DNA of 64,000 nt from an uncultured Alphaproteobacteria bacterium. Its GTDB lineage: Bacteria > Pseudomonadota > Alphaproteobacteria > RF32 > CAG-239. Positions 27,400 through 37,853 of this stretch are shown here, in pieces (the stretch's first letter is position 1; every line of letters begins with the position of its first letter). Under the pieces are notes generated by a model. That model searched no databases and was not told where the DNA came from. It was given only the letters and a program-made list of their open reading frames with translations. The DNA is taken from the NCBI GenBank assembly GCA_944391725.1, contig CALXUQ010000002.1, forward strand, positions 3,590 to 67,589, read 5' to 3'. Both the position numbers and the translations under genes were made by a program.

Positions 27400-28010
27400 T
27401 TGGCAACTCCGCGAATTTTGTTAAAAATCATAATTAATCCGGCTAAGGCTAGGAAAGCTCCGGGCGGCATAATGAACAGTAACATTGTGTCGGCCCCCTC
27501 CCCGACAAAACTCCAACCAAAGAGTGAGCCACTACCTAAAATCTCGCGGACAATACCAAGACTGGTTAGTCCAAGAGTAAATCCCAGTCCCATACCTATT
27601 GCATCAAATAATGACTGTAAGATATTGTTTTTAGATGCAAAAGCTTCGGCGCGTCCTAAAATGATGCAGTTGACCACAATCAGCGGAATGAAGATACCTA
27701 ATTTGGCATGTAAGCCTGGCAGATAGGCCGCCATTAACAGTTCAACTACCGTTACAAATGAGGCTATAATTACAATATAACACGGAATGCGAACCATGTC
27801 GGGAATGAGGCTCTTGACGCTTGAGATGGCTAAGTTTGACAGCATGAGCACAAATAAAGTGGCTAGCCCCATGCCCAAGCCGTTGGCCGCTGAAGTGGTG
27901 ACACCTAAGGTGGGGCACATACCTAACAGCATTACAAAAGTGGGGTTTTCTTTGATAATACCACGAGTAAGATTGTTTAAGCTTTGATTATCCATTATCT
28001 TTCTCCTCAT
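27396..28010 (-). CDS. rnfE: Rnf complex subunit E
   Basis: The RnfE/NqrD-type sequence NPTFVMLLGMCPTLGVTTSAANGLGMG is present. Confidence 0.85.
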   Translation of the reverse strand: MRRKIMDNQSLNNLTRGIIKENPTFVMLLGMCPTLGVTTSAANGLGMGLATLFVLMLSNLAISSVKSLIPDMVRIPCYIVIIASFVTVVELLMAAYLPGLHAKLGIFIPLIVVNCIILGRAEAFASKNNILQSLFDAIGMGLGFTLGLTSLGIVREILGSGSLFGWSFVGEGADTMLLFIMPPGAFLALAGLIMIFNKIRGVAK

Positions 28011-28599
28011 CGTCAGTCATGGTGCTGAAGCGGGTATAGTTTTTGTAGGCACGTTTGATGGCATCAATTACGGCACGAGAACTGATGGTGGCAGAGGTTA
28101 CCGCATCTATCTCGCCGCCGTCTTGTTTGACCTTGAAACCATGGCTACGCGGATTCATGCCCTTGAACTGGTTGGAAAATTTGCTCTCGGTGACCTTGGT
28201 GCCAAGACCGGGAGTTTCTTTTTGCTCAATGACCGTATAGCCGGTTATGGTGCCGTCTAACAAAAAGCCGACTATCAACTCAATTCGGCCGCTAAAACCA
28301 TTATTGCTATAGCTCTTTACGGCAATGGAGGTGATTTTTGAGCCTTGGCGTGCGGGGTATAACTCAATGCCTTTGTGACCAATGGGGATGCGGTCTTGGA
28401 ACGGATTGTTATCAAATTCTCCGGGGACAACTTCCAATACGGCTTCGGCTTGACGAGCGTTTTTGGCCTCTTCTATCGGGGCTTTGGTGATTTGGTAGCT
28501 GAACCCTAATATGGCGCCGGAAAAAGCGGCCACGCAGACCATGGCAATTATCATGTGGCCAAGGGTTGATGATAAGACTTTGCGATTTGTGTTACTCAT
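27988..28599 (-). CDS. rnfG: Rnf complex subunit G (FMN-binding)
   Basis: The FMN-binding domain has the conserved ...DAVTSATISSRA flavinylation site (Thr in TSAT). Confidence 0.8.
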   Translation of the reverse strand: MSNTNRKVLSSTLGHMIIAMVCVAAFSGAILGFSYQITKAPIEEAKNARQAEAVLEVVPGEFDNNPFQDRIPIGHKGIELYPARQGSKITSIAVKSYSNNGFSGRIELIVGFLLDGTITGYTVIEQKETPGLGTKVTESKFSNQFKGMNPRSHGFKVKQDGGEIDAVTSATISSRAVIDAIKRAYKNYTRFSTMTDDEEKDNG

Positions 28600-29601
28600 T
28601 TATTTTCTCCTCGTTCCAAATATTCGAGGTGCGGCAAAACGGTCAATCAGCGGCACAAAAGCATTCATAATCAGAATGGCAAAGGATACTCCTTCCGGAT
28701 AGGCGCCGCAGAGGCGGATAATGACTGTGAGAACGCCGCAACCGATGGCAAAGATAATCTTGCCGTTGGTGCTCATGGGCGAGGTTACATAATCGGTGGC
28801 CATAAAGATTGCACCTAACATCAGTCCACCCGAAAGCAAGTGAGTGACCGGGTCATAAACCGGAGAACCTTTGGTCAGCCAAAGTATTGATGTAAGAATA
28901 AATACGGTACTGAGATAATAGAACGGAATGTGCCAGCTTATTACCCTGCTCCACAGCATATAGGCCAAACCAAGCAGCAAAGCTGCGGCCGAAACTTCGC
29001 CGAGGCAGCCACCGGTGTAGCCGATAAACATTTGCCAGTAGTTCGGTAAATCATCTAAATTGGGACCGTATTTACTTAATGCAGTAGCTGAAGTTGATGC
29101 ATCTAACTGCTTGAGAATCCCTAAAGTTGTGGCACCGGTTTGTGCGTCTGCACCCCAGAAGTCAAGAAAATGCGGTTTGGGCCAGGTGGTCATTTGAAGC
29201 GGAAATGATACAAACAAAAACACTCTGCCTACCAAGGCCGGATTAAATATGTTCTTGCCTAAACCGCCAAAGGCCATCTTGCTGATGACAATGGCTACAA
29301 AAGCGCCGATGAGTATCATCCAGACCGGAAAACCGGCCGGAAGATTGTAGGCCAGCAAAAGTCCGGTGATGATAGCAGAATAGTCATGAAGAGTGCTTTT
29401 TTTGTGGAGAAGCCAACGGCAAACGGCATATTCGCACAGCATACAGGCGGCAACCGAACTGATGATTACGACTATTGCCGCTAAACCGAAAAACAAAACC
29501 GAAACGATGGCGGCCGGCATTAGGGCAATGACCACATCTCTCATGAGAATGGGGGTATCAACTGGGGAGCTCATATGGGGAGCAGTAGAAATTTTTAACA
29601 T
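28600..29601 (-). CDS. rnfD: Rnf complex subunit D
   Basis: It is a polytopic protein of the NqrB/RnfD family with ...FMATDYVTSP... (the flavinylated Thr region). Confidence 0.8.
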   Translation of the reverse strand: MLKISTAPHMSSPVDTPILMRDVVIALMPAAIVSVLFFGLAAIVVIISSVAACMLCEYAVCRWLLHKKSTLHDYSAIITGLLLAYNLPAGFPVWMILIGAFVAIVISKMAFGGLGKNIFNPALVGRVFLFVSFPLQMTTWPKPHFLDFWGADAQTGATTLGILKQLDASTSATALSKYGPNLDDLPNYWQMFIGYTGGCLGEVSAAALLLGLAYMLWSRVISWHIPFYYLSTVFILTSILWLTKGSPVYDPVTHLLSGGLMLGAIFMATDYVTSPMSTNGKIIFAIGCGVLTVIIRLCGAYPEGVSFAILIMNAFVPLIDRFAAPRIFGTRRK

Positions 29602-29616
29602 AGTCTTTTTCCGTGT

Positions 29617-30942
29617 TTATTTCTTGTTTTGGTGTTGGCGTACTTCGATTTTGCCCAGTTTGCAACAATCTAACAACGGCAATCTGGCCGGACAAATGTA
29701 TGCGCAAGAGCCACACTCAATGCAATCTAAAACGTGAAGTTCTAACAGGGCATCCATGTTGTGACTGCGAACAGCCCGAGCTATGGCATTGGGCTGCAAG
29801 CCCATGGGGCAACCATCAACACAACGACCGCAACGAATGCAGGGAGTTTCCGGTTTTTTATCTGACATTTGGCTGGAAAGAAGCAAAATGCCGGAGGTGA
29901 GTTTGGTAATCGGGGCATTGGGGTTGACGGCTGAAGTGCCCATCATCGGGCCACCGAAAACAATTTGACCAAGATCAGAGGAGATCTTTCCGCATTGCTC
30001 AATCAGAAAAGAGGCCGGGGTCCCTACTCTGGTCATAAAATTGGCCGATTTTTCAATAGCATCGCCGCTTACGGTTACAACGCGTTCAAACAAGGGTTTG
30101 TTTTTCATTACGGCTTCATAAATGGCAAAGACCGTGCCGACATTTTGGACGATGCAACCGACATCAACCGGCAATTTGCCGGAAGGTACTTCGCGTCCGG
30201 TGATGGCGGCAATTAGCTGTTTTTCACCACCTTGCGGATATTTGCTTTCACAGACGCGTACATTGACGCCGACATAAGTTTTGGTCAATTTGGTCATTAT
30301 CTCAATGGCACGCGGTTTGTTCTCGTCAATGGCAATAATGGCCTTTTGAATGCCGAGGAGTTTGTTCAAGATTTTGGCACCGACGATGATTTGTTCGCCT
30401 TTTTCTTGCATGAGGCGGTCGTCTGCGGCCAGAAACGGTTCGCACTCAATGCCGTTTAGAATTAAGCAATCGACTTTTTTACCCTCGGGGATAGTGGTTT
30501 TGATGGGGGTTGGATAGCCGGCTCCGCCCATGCCGACAATGCCGGCAGAACGAATCTTGGCAATGATTTCTTCGGTATTTTCCGGAATGGTCCGCACAAT
30601 TGCGTCACTGCGGTCAATGCTGTCTTCCCATTCATCGCCTTCAACTTTGATACAGATCATCGGTTCATAATAGCCAAACTCACCGATAACATCTTCTATT
30701 TTGATAACCTCTCCGGATACGGAAGAGTGGATGGGAGCAGATACGATACCGTCGGCAGCAGCCAGCAAGGTTCCAACTTTGACTTTGTCACCTTGTTTGA
30801 CCATAATTTTGGCCGGAGCGCCAATGTGCTGTTTGGTGGGAATGTAGACAATTTCGGGTAGTCCGGGATTGCTGATGGCTATATCTCCGGCAATTTTGTG
30901 CTTGTCGGGATGAATTCCGCCCATCGGAAAGGTTTTAGTCAT
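29617..30942 (-). CDS. rnfC: Rnf complex subunit C (NADH-binding, 2x[4Fe-4S])
   Basis: Two ferredoxin-type cysteine motifs are present: CIRCGRCVDGCP and CIECGSCAYICP. Confidence 0.85.
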   Translation of the reverse strand: MTKTFPMGGIHPDKHKIAGDIAISNPGLPEIVYIPTKQHIGAPAKIMVKQGDKVKVGTLLAAADGIVSAPIHSSVSGEVIKIEDVIGEFGYYEPMICIKVEGDEWEDSIDRSDAIVRTIPENTEEIIAKIRSAGIVGMGGAGYPTPIKTTIPEGKKVDCLILNGIECEPFLAADDRLMQEKGEQIIVGAKILNKLLGIQKAIIAIDENKPRAIEIMTKLTKTYVGVNVRVCESKYPQGGEKQLIAAITGREVPSGKLPVDVGCIVQNVGTVFAIYEAVMKNKPLFERVVTVSGDAIEKSANFMTRVGTPASFLIEQCGKISSDLGQIVFGGPMMGTSAVNPNAPITKLTSGILLLSSQMSDKKPETPCIRCGRCVDGCPMGLQPNAIARAVRSHNMDALLELHVLDCIECGSCAYICPARLPLLDCCKLGKIEVRQHQNKK

Positions 30943-31786
30943 GTTTGACCTCCTCTTCTTTATTTTTATTGCCGATATAGACGATGGCTTTGGTGGGACA
31001 GTTGGCCGCTAATTCGGCTCCGAACTTATCTGCCGGAACAGTTGTCGGAATGTAAGAAAGGTTATTCTCAATTTTGATGTCGGGGCAGATTTTGGCGCAT
31101 TTTTGGCAGGCAATGCAGGCGGTTTTGCAGTTTTTGCGAGCAATGCCCCCTTTTTGTTTGTTGTTGCAGGCAACGTATACACGTCCAGTTTGGGCGCCTT
31201 TGGGACGAATTTCGTATATGCCGCGCGGACAAATGGCCACACAAGTGCCGCAAGAGGTGCATTTGTCTTCATCAACAACCGGAAGTCCGGTCTCTTTGTT
31301 CATACTGATGGCGCCAAACGGACAAGCACGAACGCAATCGCCCAAGCGCAGACAGCCATTGGGGCAACCGCTTCGGCCACTGGAAATTTTGTTGGCAATG
31401 CGGCAAAAGGCTATCCCGCTATATTCAACTTTGTCGGGAGCATTTTGGCAACTGCCCTGACAACGCAGGACGGCAACGGTTTCTTCTTTGATGATATCTG
31501 GGTGGCCCAAAAGATGAGCAATTTGACACATCACGGCATTGCCGCCGACCGGACAATAGAGTTTTTTGAAATCTTCGGCCGCAGTGTTGACGCAGGCACG
31601 GGCAAAATCGTGACAACCGGCTTTGCCGCAAGCTCCGCAATTGGCGTGCGGAAGGCAATTTTCGACTTCTGCAATGAGCGGGTTTTCCGTGACTTTGAAT
31701 TTTTGGGAGACAAAGTACAAGACTGCGGCTGCAATCAGGGCAATGCTGACCAAGATGATAATATTTATCAATATGAGATTATCCAT
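30935..31786 (-). CDS. rnfB: Rnf complex subunit B (membrane-anchored polyferredoxin)
   Basis: It has an N-terminal TM helix (MDNLILINIIILVSIALIAAAVLYF) and several CxxCxxCxxxCP clusters. The start is placed at the internal Met (31786) so it does not overlap rseC. Confidence 0.75.
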   Translation of the reverse strand: MDNLILINIIILVSIALIAAAVLYFVSQKFKVTENPLIAEVENCLPHANCGACGKAGCHDFARACVNTAAEDFKKLYCPVGGNAVMCQIAHLLGHPDIIKEETVAVLRCQGSCQNAPDKVEYSGIAFCRIANKISSGRSGCPNGCLRLGDCVRACPFGAISMNKETGLPVVDEDKCTSCGTCVAICPRGIYEIRPKGAQTGRVYVACNNKQKGGIARKNCKTACIACQKCAKICPDIKIENNLSYIPTTVPADKFGAELAANCPTKAIVYIGNKNKEEEVKHD

Positions 31787-31826
31787 TATAAATTCCGTAT
31801 TTGCTGAGTTTTTTCCTAATTCTGTG

Positions 31827-32240
31827 CTATTTTTCAATAATTTTAAAGTTAAATTTTTTCTGAAAGTATTTTTGGTTCAAAAACAGCCCTATATAATAAG
31901 GAATTAAAATAATAATACTGCAAATTCCGCCGGTTATCTCGTTTCCGCTAATGGCAGTGCTCAAAACTAATGTGGATAACATTAAGATTAAGGGCAATAA
32001 ATAGGCCCAGAAAATGGCCCAGGCGCCATCTTTGGGGCTGATTTCAATTTCGATGGATTGTCCGGGGTGGAATTGGTTAGGGTTTGCATGAGGCAAGCGG
32101 TATATTTGCCCGCGTCCGCTTTTGAGGCCGCAAGCAGTGTTGGCCGGACAACTTTGGCAGGCACTCTCGCGGCAAAGCCTTATCCAGATTTCGTTGGAGC
32201 CGGTGTTGACTACTTCGGCCAGGTGTTTGATGACTGCCAC
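31827..32240 (-). CDS. RseC/MucC family protein (SoxR-reducing system component), commonly encoded with rnf
   Basis: A Cys-rich N-terminus (CRESACQSCPANTACG) is followed by two TM helices. Confidence 0.65.
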   Translation of the reverse strand: MAVIKHLAEVVNTGSNEIWIRLCRESACQSCPANTACGLKSGRGQIYRLPHANPNQFHPGQSIEIEISPKDGAWAIFWAYLLPLILMLSTLVLSTAISGNEITGGICSIIILIPYYIGLFLNQKYFQKKFNFKIIEK

Positions 32241-33341
32241 CTATTTTTTCTCCTGAGTTGAGGTTGCATCTTCTGACACGATTTGATATTTATCCAGCAA
32301 TTTTTGAGCCTCGTTGGAGCTTATCATTTTGGTTTCGTTATATTCATTGCGAGTGAAGAAAATAACCGGGATTTTGTTTTTGTTGGCGAACTTTAAGCCC
32401 TTCTCTTCTCCCATGGCCATGAATGCGGTGGCTAAGGCGTCGGCTCGCATACAGTTGCTATCAAAAACCGTGGCCGAGGCCAGATTGTGCTCTACGGGAT
32501 ATCCGGTTTGCGGCGAGATGGTGTGAGAATAGCGCTTGTTGTTTTTGTAATAGTAGTTGCGATAATCTCCGGAGGTGGCTACAGCCATATTGTGTAGGCG
32601 GATAACCGCGGCGTTTTCCTCCGGTGCATTGTCAAGATTGGGGGCGGCAATGCCTATATTCCAGCCGTTTACACCTTCTTCGCGGGCTCCGGAGGCATAA
32701 ATCTCACCACCGATATCGACAATGTAGTCTTTGTAACCGGCGTTTTTGAGAATGGCAGAAACTCGGTCAACCGCGTGTCCTTTGGCGATGGCTGAGAGGT
32801 TGATGAGTGTATCGGCATTGCTTTTTTGCATAATTTTATAGTTGTTGGCAAAGCTTAATTTGTTAAAGCCGGTGCTTTTTAGGGTATCTTTGATTTGTTG
32901 GTCGGTGGGAATGTCGGAGTGTTGGCCGGCGCCGAATCCCCACAAGTCCACCAACTGTCCGACCGTGGGGTCAAAATTTCCGTCGGTCAGACGATATATT
33001 TCATCGGCACTGCGCATTAGTTTAGCCATATTGTCAGAGAGGTTGAGGGCCTGATGGGCGCCGGTTTCGTTAATGGTATTAATTTCGGAGCCGGGTTCAA
33101 ATACCGACATTTCAGAGTTTATCTTGTCTAGCTCTTCTTTGATACGATTGGTGAGAAGCCGGTTCTTGTGCTCGGTCTTGATTTTGATATTATAATAAGT
33201 GCCAAAAGTACGTCCACTTATCTCTTGGTATGGATTTTCGCGGAAAAAAAGTAGATATGTACCTAATGATATTACTACTAATATTGAAATATACTTAAAT
33301 AATCTCATATTATTAATACTCCGAATTGCCTCTTTTACCAT
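32241..33341 (-). CDS. apbE: FAD:protein FMN transferase ApbE (lipoprotein)
   Basis: It carries VATSGDYRNYY... and the ApbE-family core. An N-terminal signal/TM is present. It sits directly upstream of rnf, consistent with flavinylation of RnfG/RnfD. Confidence 0.8.
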   Translation of the reverse strand: MVKEAIRSINNMRLFKYISILVVISLGTYLLFFRENPYQEISGRTFGTYYNIKIKTEHKNRLLTNRIKEELDKINSEMSVFEPGSEINTINETGAHQALNLSDNMAKLMRSADEIYRLTDGNFDPTVGQLVDLWGFGAGQHSDIPTDQQIKDTLKSTGFNKLSFANNYKIMQKSNADTLINLSAIAKGHAVDRVSAILKNAGYKDYIVDIGGEIYASGAREEGVNGWNIGIAAPNLDNAPEENAAVIRLHNMAVATSGDYRNYYYKNNKRYSHTISPQTGYPVEHNLASATVFDSNCMRADALATAFMAMGEEKGLKFANKNKIPVIFFTRNEYNETKMISSNEAQKLLDKYQIVSEDATSTQEKK

Positions 33342-33387
33342 AAATTAAATAAATTCATTTATAGTTGCTTTAATCTGTTCTTATACT

Positions 33388-34134
33388 ATGAAAGGTCATG
33401 TTAATATGCAAGTTAAATTAAAACCAATCTTGAATAAGGTTAATAAAAAAGTGAATTTGGAAAAGATTAAGGTCTATTCGGACAAAACAGTCAGCCTTGT
33501 TACCAAGTTTTCGGATCTAATGCGGAAATATATGGACATCTTGGCCGCTAAAATGGTTAAAATCGGAGTGCCGGCAAACGTGGTTTCGATTTTGGGATTT
33601 TTAATCGGGTTGCTCGCCATTAATTTTATCTCGATGCAGATGTATATGTGGGGGCTGGTGCTGATTGTGGTGAACCGCTTGTTTGATGGTTTGGACGGTG
33701 CAATTGCCAGAAAAACTAAAATTACCGATTATGGTGTTTTTCTTGATGCTGTGCTCGATTATGTCTTTTATGCCGGCGTGATTTTTGCTTTTGCCTTGGC
33801 TAATCCGGCTCAAAACGCCGTGGCGGCGGCTTTCTTGCTGTTTGCGTTTATGTCTTCGGCTTGTGCGTTGCTGGCTTATGGTGTGGTGGCTCACAAAAGC
33901 AGCCAAAATTATGAGCTATTGAACAACTCTCCTTTCTATCTTGGTGGTTTTGCCCAGGGTTTTGAAACACTTTTGGCTTTGGTGTTAATGTGCCTCCTAC
34001 CCTGGTGGTTTTTGCCGATTGCCATTATCTTTGGGGTGTTGGGGCTGGTTAAAGCTCTAACGATAGTTATTGCCGCTTATTACAATTTTGTGATTGCTAA
34101 TAAAAAATCAGGAACAACAGATATTAATGAATAA
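33388..34134 (+). CDS. CDP-alcohol phosphatidyltransferase family protein
   Basis: The DGLDGAIARKTKITDYGVFLDAVLD motif (D-G-x2-A-R-x8-G-x3-D-x3-D) is present. The protein is polytopic. Confidence 0.75.
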   Translation: MKGHVNMQVKLKPILNKVNKKVNLEKIKVYSDKTVSLVTKFSDLMRKYMDILAAKMVKIGVPANVVSILGFLIGLLAINFISMQMYMWGLVLIVVNRLFDGLDGAIARKTKITDYGVFLDAVLDYVFYAGVIFAFALANPAQNAVAAAFLLFAFMSSACALLAYGVVAHKSSQNYELLNNSPFYLGGFAQGFETLLALVLMCLLPWWFLPIAIIFGVLGLVKALTIVIAAYYNFVIANKKSGTTDINE

Positions 34135-35740
34135 GAATTTGGGCAGATTTTTTCTAATCCTAATCATGGCTCTTGTCTTTGCCGGCAAGAGCCATGCTTG
34201 GCAGAATAACTTTGAAAATGATAAATTGCGGCTGGAGGTGTGGACGGAAAATTCACAGCTCCATTCCTCTCAACCGCTTGATGTTATTTTGAAGTTTGAA
34301 ATGAAAAACGGTTGGCATATTCTTGCGGAGAACCCCGGAGATATCGGACGACCGACCGTGGTGAAACTGGATTTGCCGGAAGGATATCAACTTAAAAACA
34401 AACGCTGGTCAGCTCCTAAACACTTTGAAACTGACGGAATTGTGCAATTTGGGTATGATGATACGGCATATTATCGGGTCAGTGTTGTGCCGATTTATCG
34501 TCCGGAACGGCAAATCAGAATCCCTCTTAATGTTTCGTGGCTGTCATGTCGGGAAGAATGTATCCCCGGAAAATTTGCCACGACCATGGATTTTGAGGTG
34601 ACAGAGTGGAATGTCTTTCCGAGCAATGATTTTAAGAAAATTGCCGCTGAGGCTGAACAAAGCTTTACGGCAGAAGCGGCTCAAACTAATACATCAAATT
34701 CCGCAAATTCTTCTTTGCTGTTGGTTTTATTAATGGCTTTTGTCGGTGGAATTATTCTGAACTTTATGCCGTGTATTTTCCCTATTCTTACGCTTAAGGC
34801 AATTTCGCTTATTCAGGGGCGATTTAATCATCGGGAAATGAGGATTGATGCACTTTTGTATATGCTGGGCGTGGTGGTTTCTTTTCTGCTGGTGGCCGGT
34901 ATATTGGCGGTTCTGCGGGCTCAAGGTGAAGCCGTGGGTTGGGGTTTCCAACTCCAAAATCCGTATTTTGTGGTGTTGATGTTGCTGATTTTTGTGGTGG
35001 TATTGTTGTTGCTTTTGGATTTAATTGCGCTGAAAAATCCGTTGGCAGACAAGCTTGGTCGTCTCTCAATGAGCGATAAACGCATCGGAGCTTTTGCAAC
35101 CGGATTTTTTGCGGTGTTAATTGCAAGTCCTTGCACGGCTCCGTTTATGGGGATTGCTATCGGGTATACTTTGAGCCAGGCGGCTTATGTTTATGTGCCG
35201 GTATTCTTGTTTTTGGGGTTAGGATATGCCCTGCCCTTTACCTTGGTGGGTTTCTTTCCGAAAGTGCTGCACAAAATCTTGCCTAAACCCGGGCGCTGGA
35301 TGGAAATTTTGAAAAAAATATTTGCCATACCGGTGTTTTTGACCTGTGTGTGGTTGGGGTGGGTGTTGTATAATCAACTTGCCGTGACACAAACTGCGAG
35401 CCAATCGGCGGAAATGTGGCAGGAATATGATGCCAACAAAGTAAAACAGTTGGTGGCAAATGGAGAACCGATACTGCTTAATTTTACGGCCAAGTGGTGT
35501 ATTACGTGTTTAGCCAATGAGCGCTTGGCATTCAGGGCTCCGGAGTTTGAAAAATTGGTACAACAAAAAAAGATTCATCTTTTTAAGGGAGATTGGACCA
35601 ATGAGAATCCGGAAATTACCAAAGCATTAGCGAGTTATGGGCGCAACAGCATTCCTCTTTATGTATATTATGACGGTAAACAATATCATATTTTGCCGCA
35701 GTTGCTTACGTCTTCCATCTTATGTGACCACTTGAAGTAA
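34127..35740 (+). CDS. dsbD: thiol:disulfide interchange protein DsbD
   Basis: An N-terminal periplasmic domain, a central TM domain with the CIFPILTLKA (Cys) motif and a C-terminal thioredoxin fold WCITC are present. The start overlaps the upstream gene. Confidence 0.8.
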   Translation: MNKNLGRFFLILIMALVFAGKSHAWQNNFENDKLRLEVWTENSQLHSSQPLDVILKFEMKNGWHILAENPGDIGRPTVVKLDLPEGYQLKNKRWSAPKHFETDGIVQFGYDDTAYYRVSVVPIYRPERQIRIPLNVSWLSCREECIPGKFATTMDFEVTEWNVFPSNDFKKIAAEAEQSFTAEAAQTNTSNSANSSLLLVLLMAFVGGIILNFMPCIFPILTLKAISLIQGRFNHREMRIDALLYMLGVVVSFLLVAGILAVLRAQGEAVGWGFQLQNPYFVVLMLLIFVVVLLLLLDLIALKNPLADKLGRLSMSDKRIGAFATGFFAVLIASPCTAPFMGIAIGYTLSQAAYVYVPVFLFLGLGYALPFTLVGFFPKVLHKILPKPGRWMEILKKIFAIPVFLTCVWLGWVLYNQLAVTQTASQSAEMWQEYDANKVKQLVANGEPILLNFTAKWCITCLANERLAFRAPEFEKLVQQKKIHLFKGDWTNENPEITKALASYGRNSIPLYVYYDGKQYHILPQLLTSSILCDHLK

Positions 35741-35776
35741 AAAAAATCCCCGAGTTGCCTCGGGGATTTTTTTTAT
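35741..35776. terminator. bidirectional terminator (A8-TCCCCGAGttgcCTCGGGGA-T8)
   Basis: A perfect stem with flanking A and T runs lies between convergent genes. Confidence 0.7.
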
Positions 35777-35789
35777 TTAACTCAATGGC

Positions 35790-36563
35790 TTACTTGCCAA
35801 AAATGCCCAAGTTTTTAACCCGGTCTTTGACCCCGCCGACTACGTTGTCCAAGTTCTTTTCGGCAATGTCTTTGAGATCACCGATTTTAACAGTTGCAAC
35901 AGCTTTGGAAGCGGTACTCAAAATCTGGTTTAAGACTTTGCTGATGATTTCGGGAATGTCATTGCCGTTTTGACCGCCGCCGATGTTAGTCATATTGATA
36001 TCCGGCAGAGGAACGGTAATGTTGCCGCTGGCTAAATCACCGGCAGAAGCAGCTGCATTAATCTCTCCGCTGTTAATTTGCAGCTTTTTGATGATGACTT
36101 TTTTAGAAGATCCGCTTTCTTCTTTGGTCGGAGCAGCTTCTTTAGTCTTGTCAGAAGATGCAGATTTGGCGGTGAATTTGTTGATGTTGTTTTGAATTTC
36201 TTTAATGTTGTTTTGAGTCAAAGACAAAATCTCATAGCTGATTACCGGTTTGTCAATGATAATACTGTCAATGATGATGGTATCTGTGGTCAGACTTTTG
36301 ATATCGACCTTAACGGTGATACCGTCTAAGCTCAAAAAGTTAGCGTTCTGATAGCCTTTGGGGTTGGCAACGACAATTTTCTTAATCTGCCCTTCGCCAT
36401 TGGTGAGTGAAATTTTGAAACCTTCCAAGCTGACGTTGGTGCCGGTGATTTCGCTACCGTATTTGTGGACCAGATTTTTAACAATGCTTTCGTATGAATT
36501 GGCAACATAAAAAATTCCGCCGCCAATGATTAAAAGTATTGCGAGAAAAATATATTTCTTCAT
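35790..36563 (-). CDS. hypothetical exported/anchored protein
   Basis: An N-terminal TM/signal (MKKYIFLAILLIIGGGIFYVA) is followed by a Ser/Lys-rich linker. No catalytic motif was recognised. Confidence 0.5.
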   Translation of the reverse strand: MKKYIFLAILLIIGGGIFYVANSYESIVKNLVHKYGSEITGTNVSLEGFKISLTNGEGQIKKIVVANPKGYQNANFLSLDGITVKVDIKSLTTDTIIIDSIIIDKPVISYEILSLTQNNIKEIQNNINKFTAKSASSDKTKEAAPTKEESGSSKKVIIKKLQINSGEINAAASAGDLASGNITVPLPDINMTNIGGGQNGNDIPEIISKVLNQILSTASKAVATVKIGDLKDIAEKNLDNVVGGVKDRVKNLGIFGK

Positions 36564-36577
36564 GCCTTTTCCTTCCG

Positions 36578-37432
36578 TTAGTTTGATGAGAGTTGTGTAT
36601 ATCGTTTATTTATATATGATTTTAGTTTTTTTTCAACGTCCTTCTGCATTTTAGCATCGGGATTATATGTTTTTAAGATATTGAGCATGTTGTCAAAGCA
36701 GTTGAGTTTGTCGCAAAAAACAAATGAGGGCAAATAGTTGAGGTCGTAAACCCAGCTTAGCAGATTGAGTATGCGGTCGCAGGCGGTTTTGACTTTTTGT
36801 AAATCTATGGCTTTTTCGGCCATGAAATCTGCAAGAATGGCGGGCTGTATCCTCATATCTTTTGTTTCATCGGCTTCGGGACAAAAAAGCTTTTTCATGC
36901 GCTCGGTTTGGGTGGTAATAAGATAAAAATTAGCAATTTTGTCGGCATCGCGCACCAGTTTTAAGATTTCGGTAACCGAATCTTTAATGTTTCCTAACTT
37001 TTGATAGTCCTCAGAGCTATAATAATCTTCAATCAATTTGTTGTGATATTTTACCGGAATGACAATAAAGGGGGTGTTATATTCCGGATTTTTCTCAAGA
37101 TATTGGGCGCCAAATTGCCCATGGTCAAACTTGGAGCCGACAAAATGTCCTTGCTTTTGCTGATATAATTCGCAGATTTCGCGAAACCGGCCGATGTCAT
37201 GAAATAAGTAAGCTAATTTGGCATAACGCAAATATGCCTGCGGCTGATGCTGGTAATATATTTCGTGTTTCATTATGTAATTGCCGGCGCCGAGAACCTG
37301 CAGTGAATGTTTTATTTTTTCTTCGGCCATCAATTTATGAAAAGGCGATGATTGTACTTTTTTAATGCAGTTTTCATATTCTTGATATAAAAGTTTCTCT
37401 TCGTGTTGACAATCCAGCATTGTTTTCTCCAT
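36578..37432 (-). CDS. HD-domain phosphohydrolase
   Basis: It has H...LFHDIGR (HD motif) and a downstream D. The start is placed at MEKTMLDCQ (ATG 37432) with a GGAG RBS. Confidence 0.6.
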   Translation of the reverse strand: MEKTMLDCQHEEKLLYQEYENCIKKVQSSPFHKLMAEEKIKHSLQVLGAGNYIMKHEIYYQHQPQAYLRYAKLAYLFHDIGRFREICELYQQKQGHFVGSKFDHGQFGAQYLEKNPEYNTPFIVIPVKYHNKLIEDYYSSEDYQKLGNIKDSVTEILKLVRDADKIANFYLITTQTERMKKLFCPEADETKDMRIQPAILADFMAEKAIDLQKVKTACDRILNLLSWVYDLNYLPSFVFCDKLNCFDNMLNILKTYNPDAKMQKDVEKKLKSYINKRYTQLSSN

Positions 37433-37853
37433 TAGCTTTATCAAAGCAGATTTTCGGCTTGATGGATAGTGTTGATTGCGCTTTGTGCACAAAAAAAGCT
37501 TTCTCGTTTCACAACGAAAAAGCTTTTAATCACTACACAGAATAGAGACATGAACTTATACCGCTTTTTCCCAAAGGGGCAATCAGTTGTGTGTTAACAA
37601 ATGCTCGAAACAACGATAAACTAAGTTACAATCGTATGGATAAAATGTATAAAAGACATGAATTGTTAACACTATTCTCTATTAAGCTTAGCTACGCATA
37701 ATAAGTATAAATACAAAAACACAAATCGTATTAAACTGCTTGCTATATAAGTCTATTTTTTCTATTTGTCAATTAAAATTCTAAAAATTTTGGTAAAAAA
37801 TTAAGGATTGGATGATATAAATGCACTAATATTGTGTAAGTCTGAGGTGTATT

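Noticed and set aside
33388-34134. Whether the two overlapping plus-strand genes (CDP-alcohol phosphatidyltransferase and dsbD) are a single fused ORF.
   Set aside because: The frames differ. The dsbD ATG at 34127 lies inside the last codons of the upstream gene, which is normal translational coupling.
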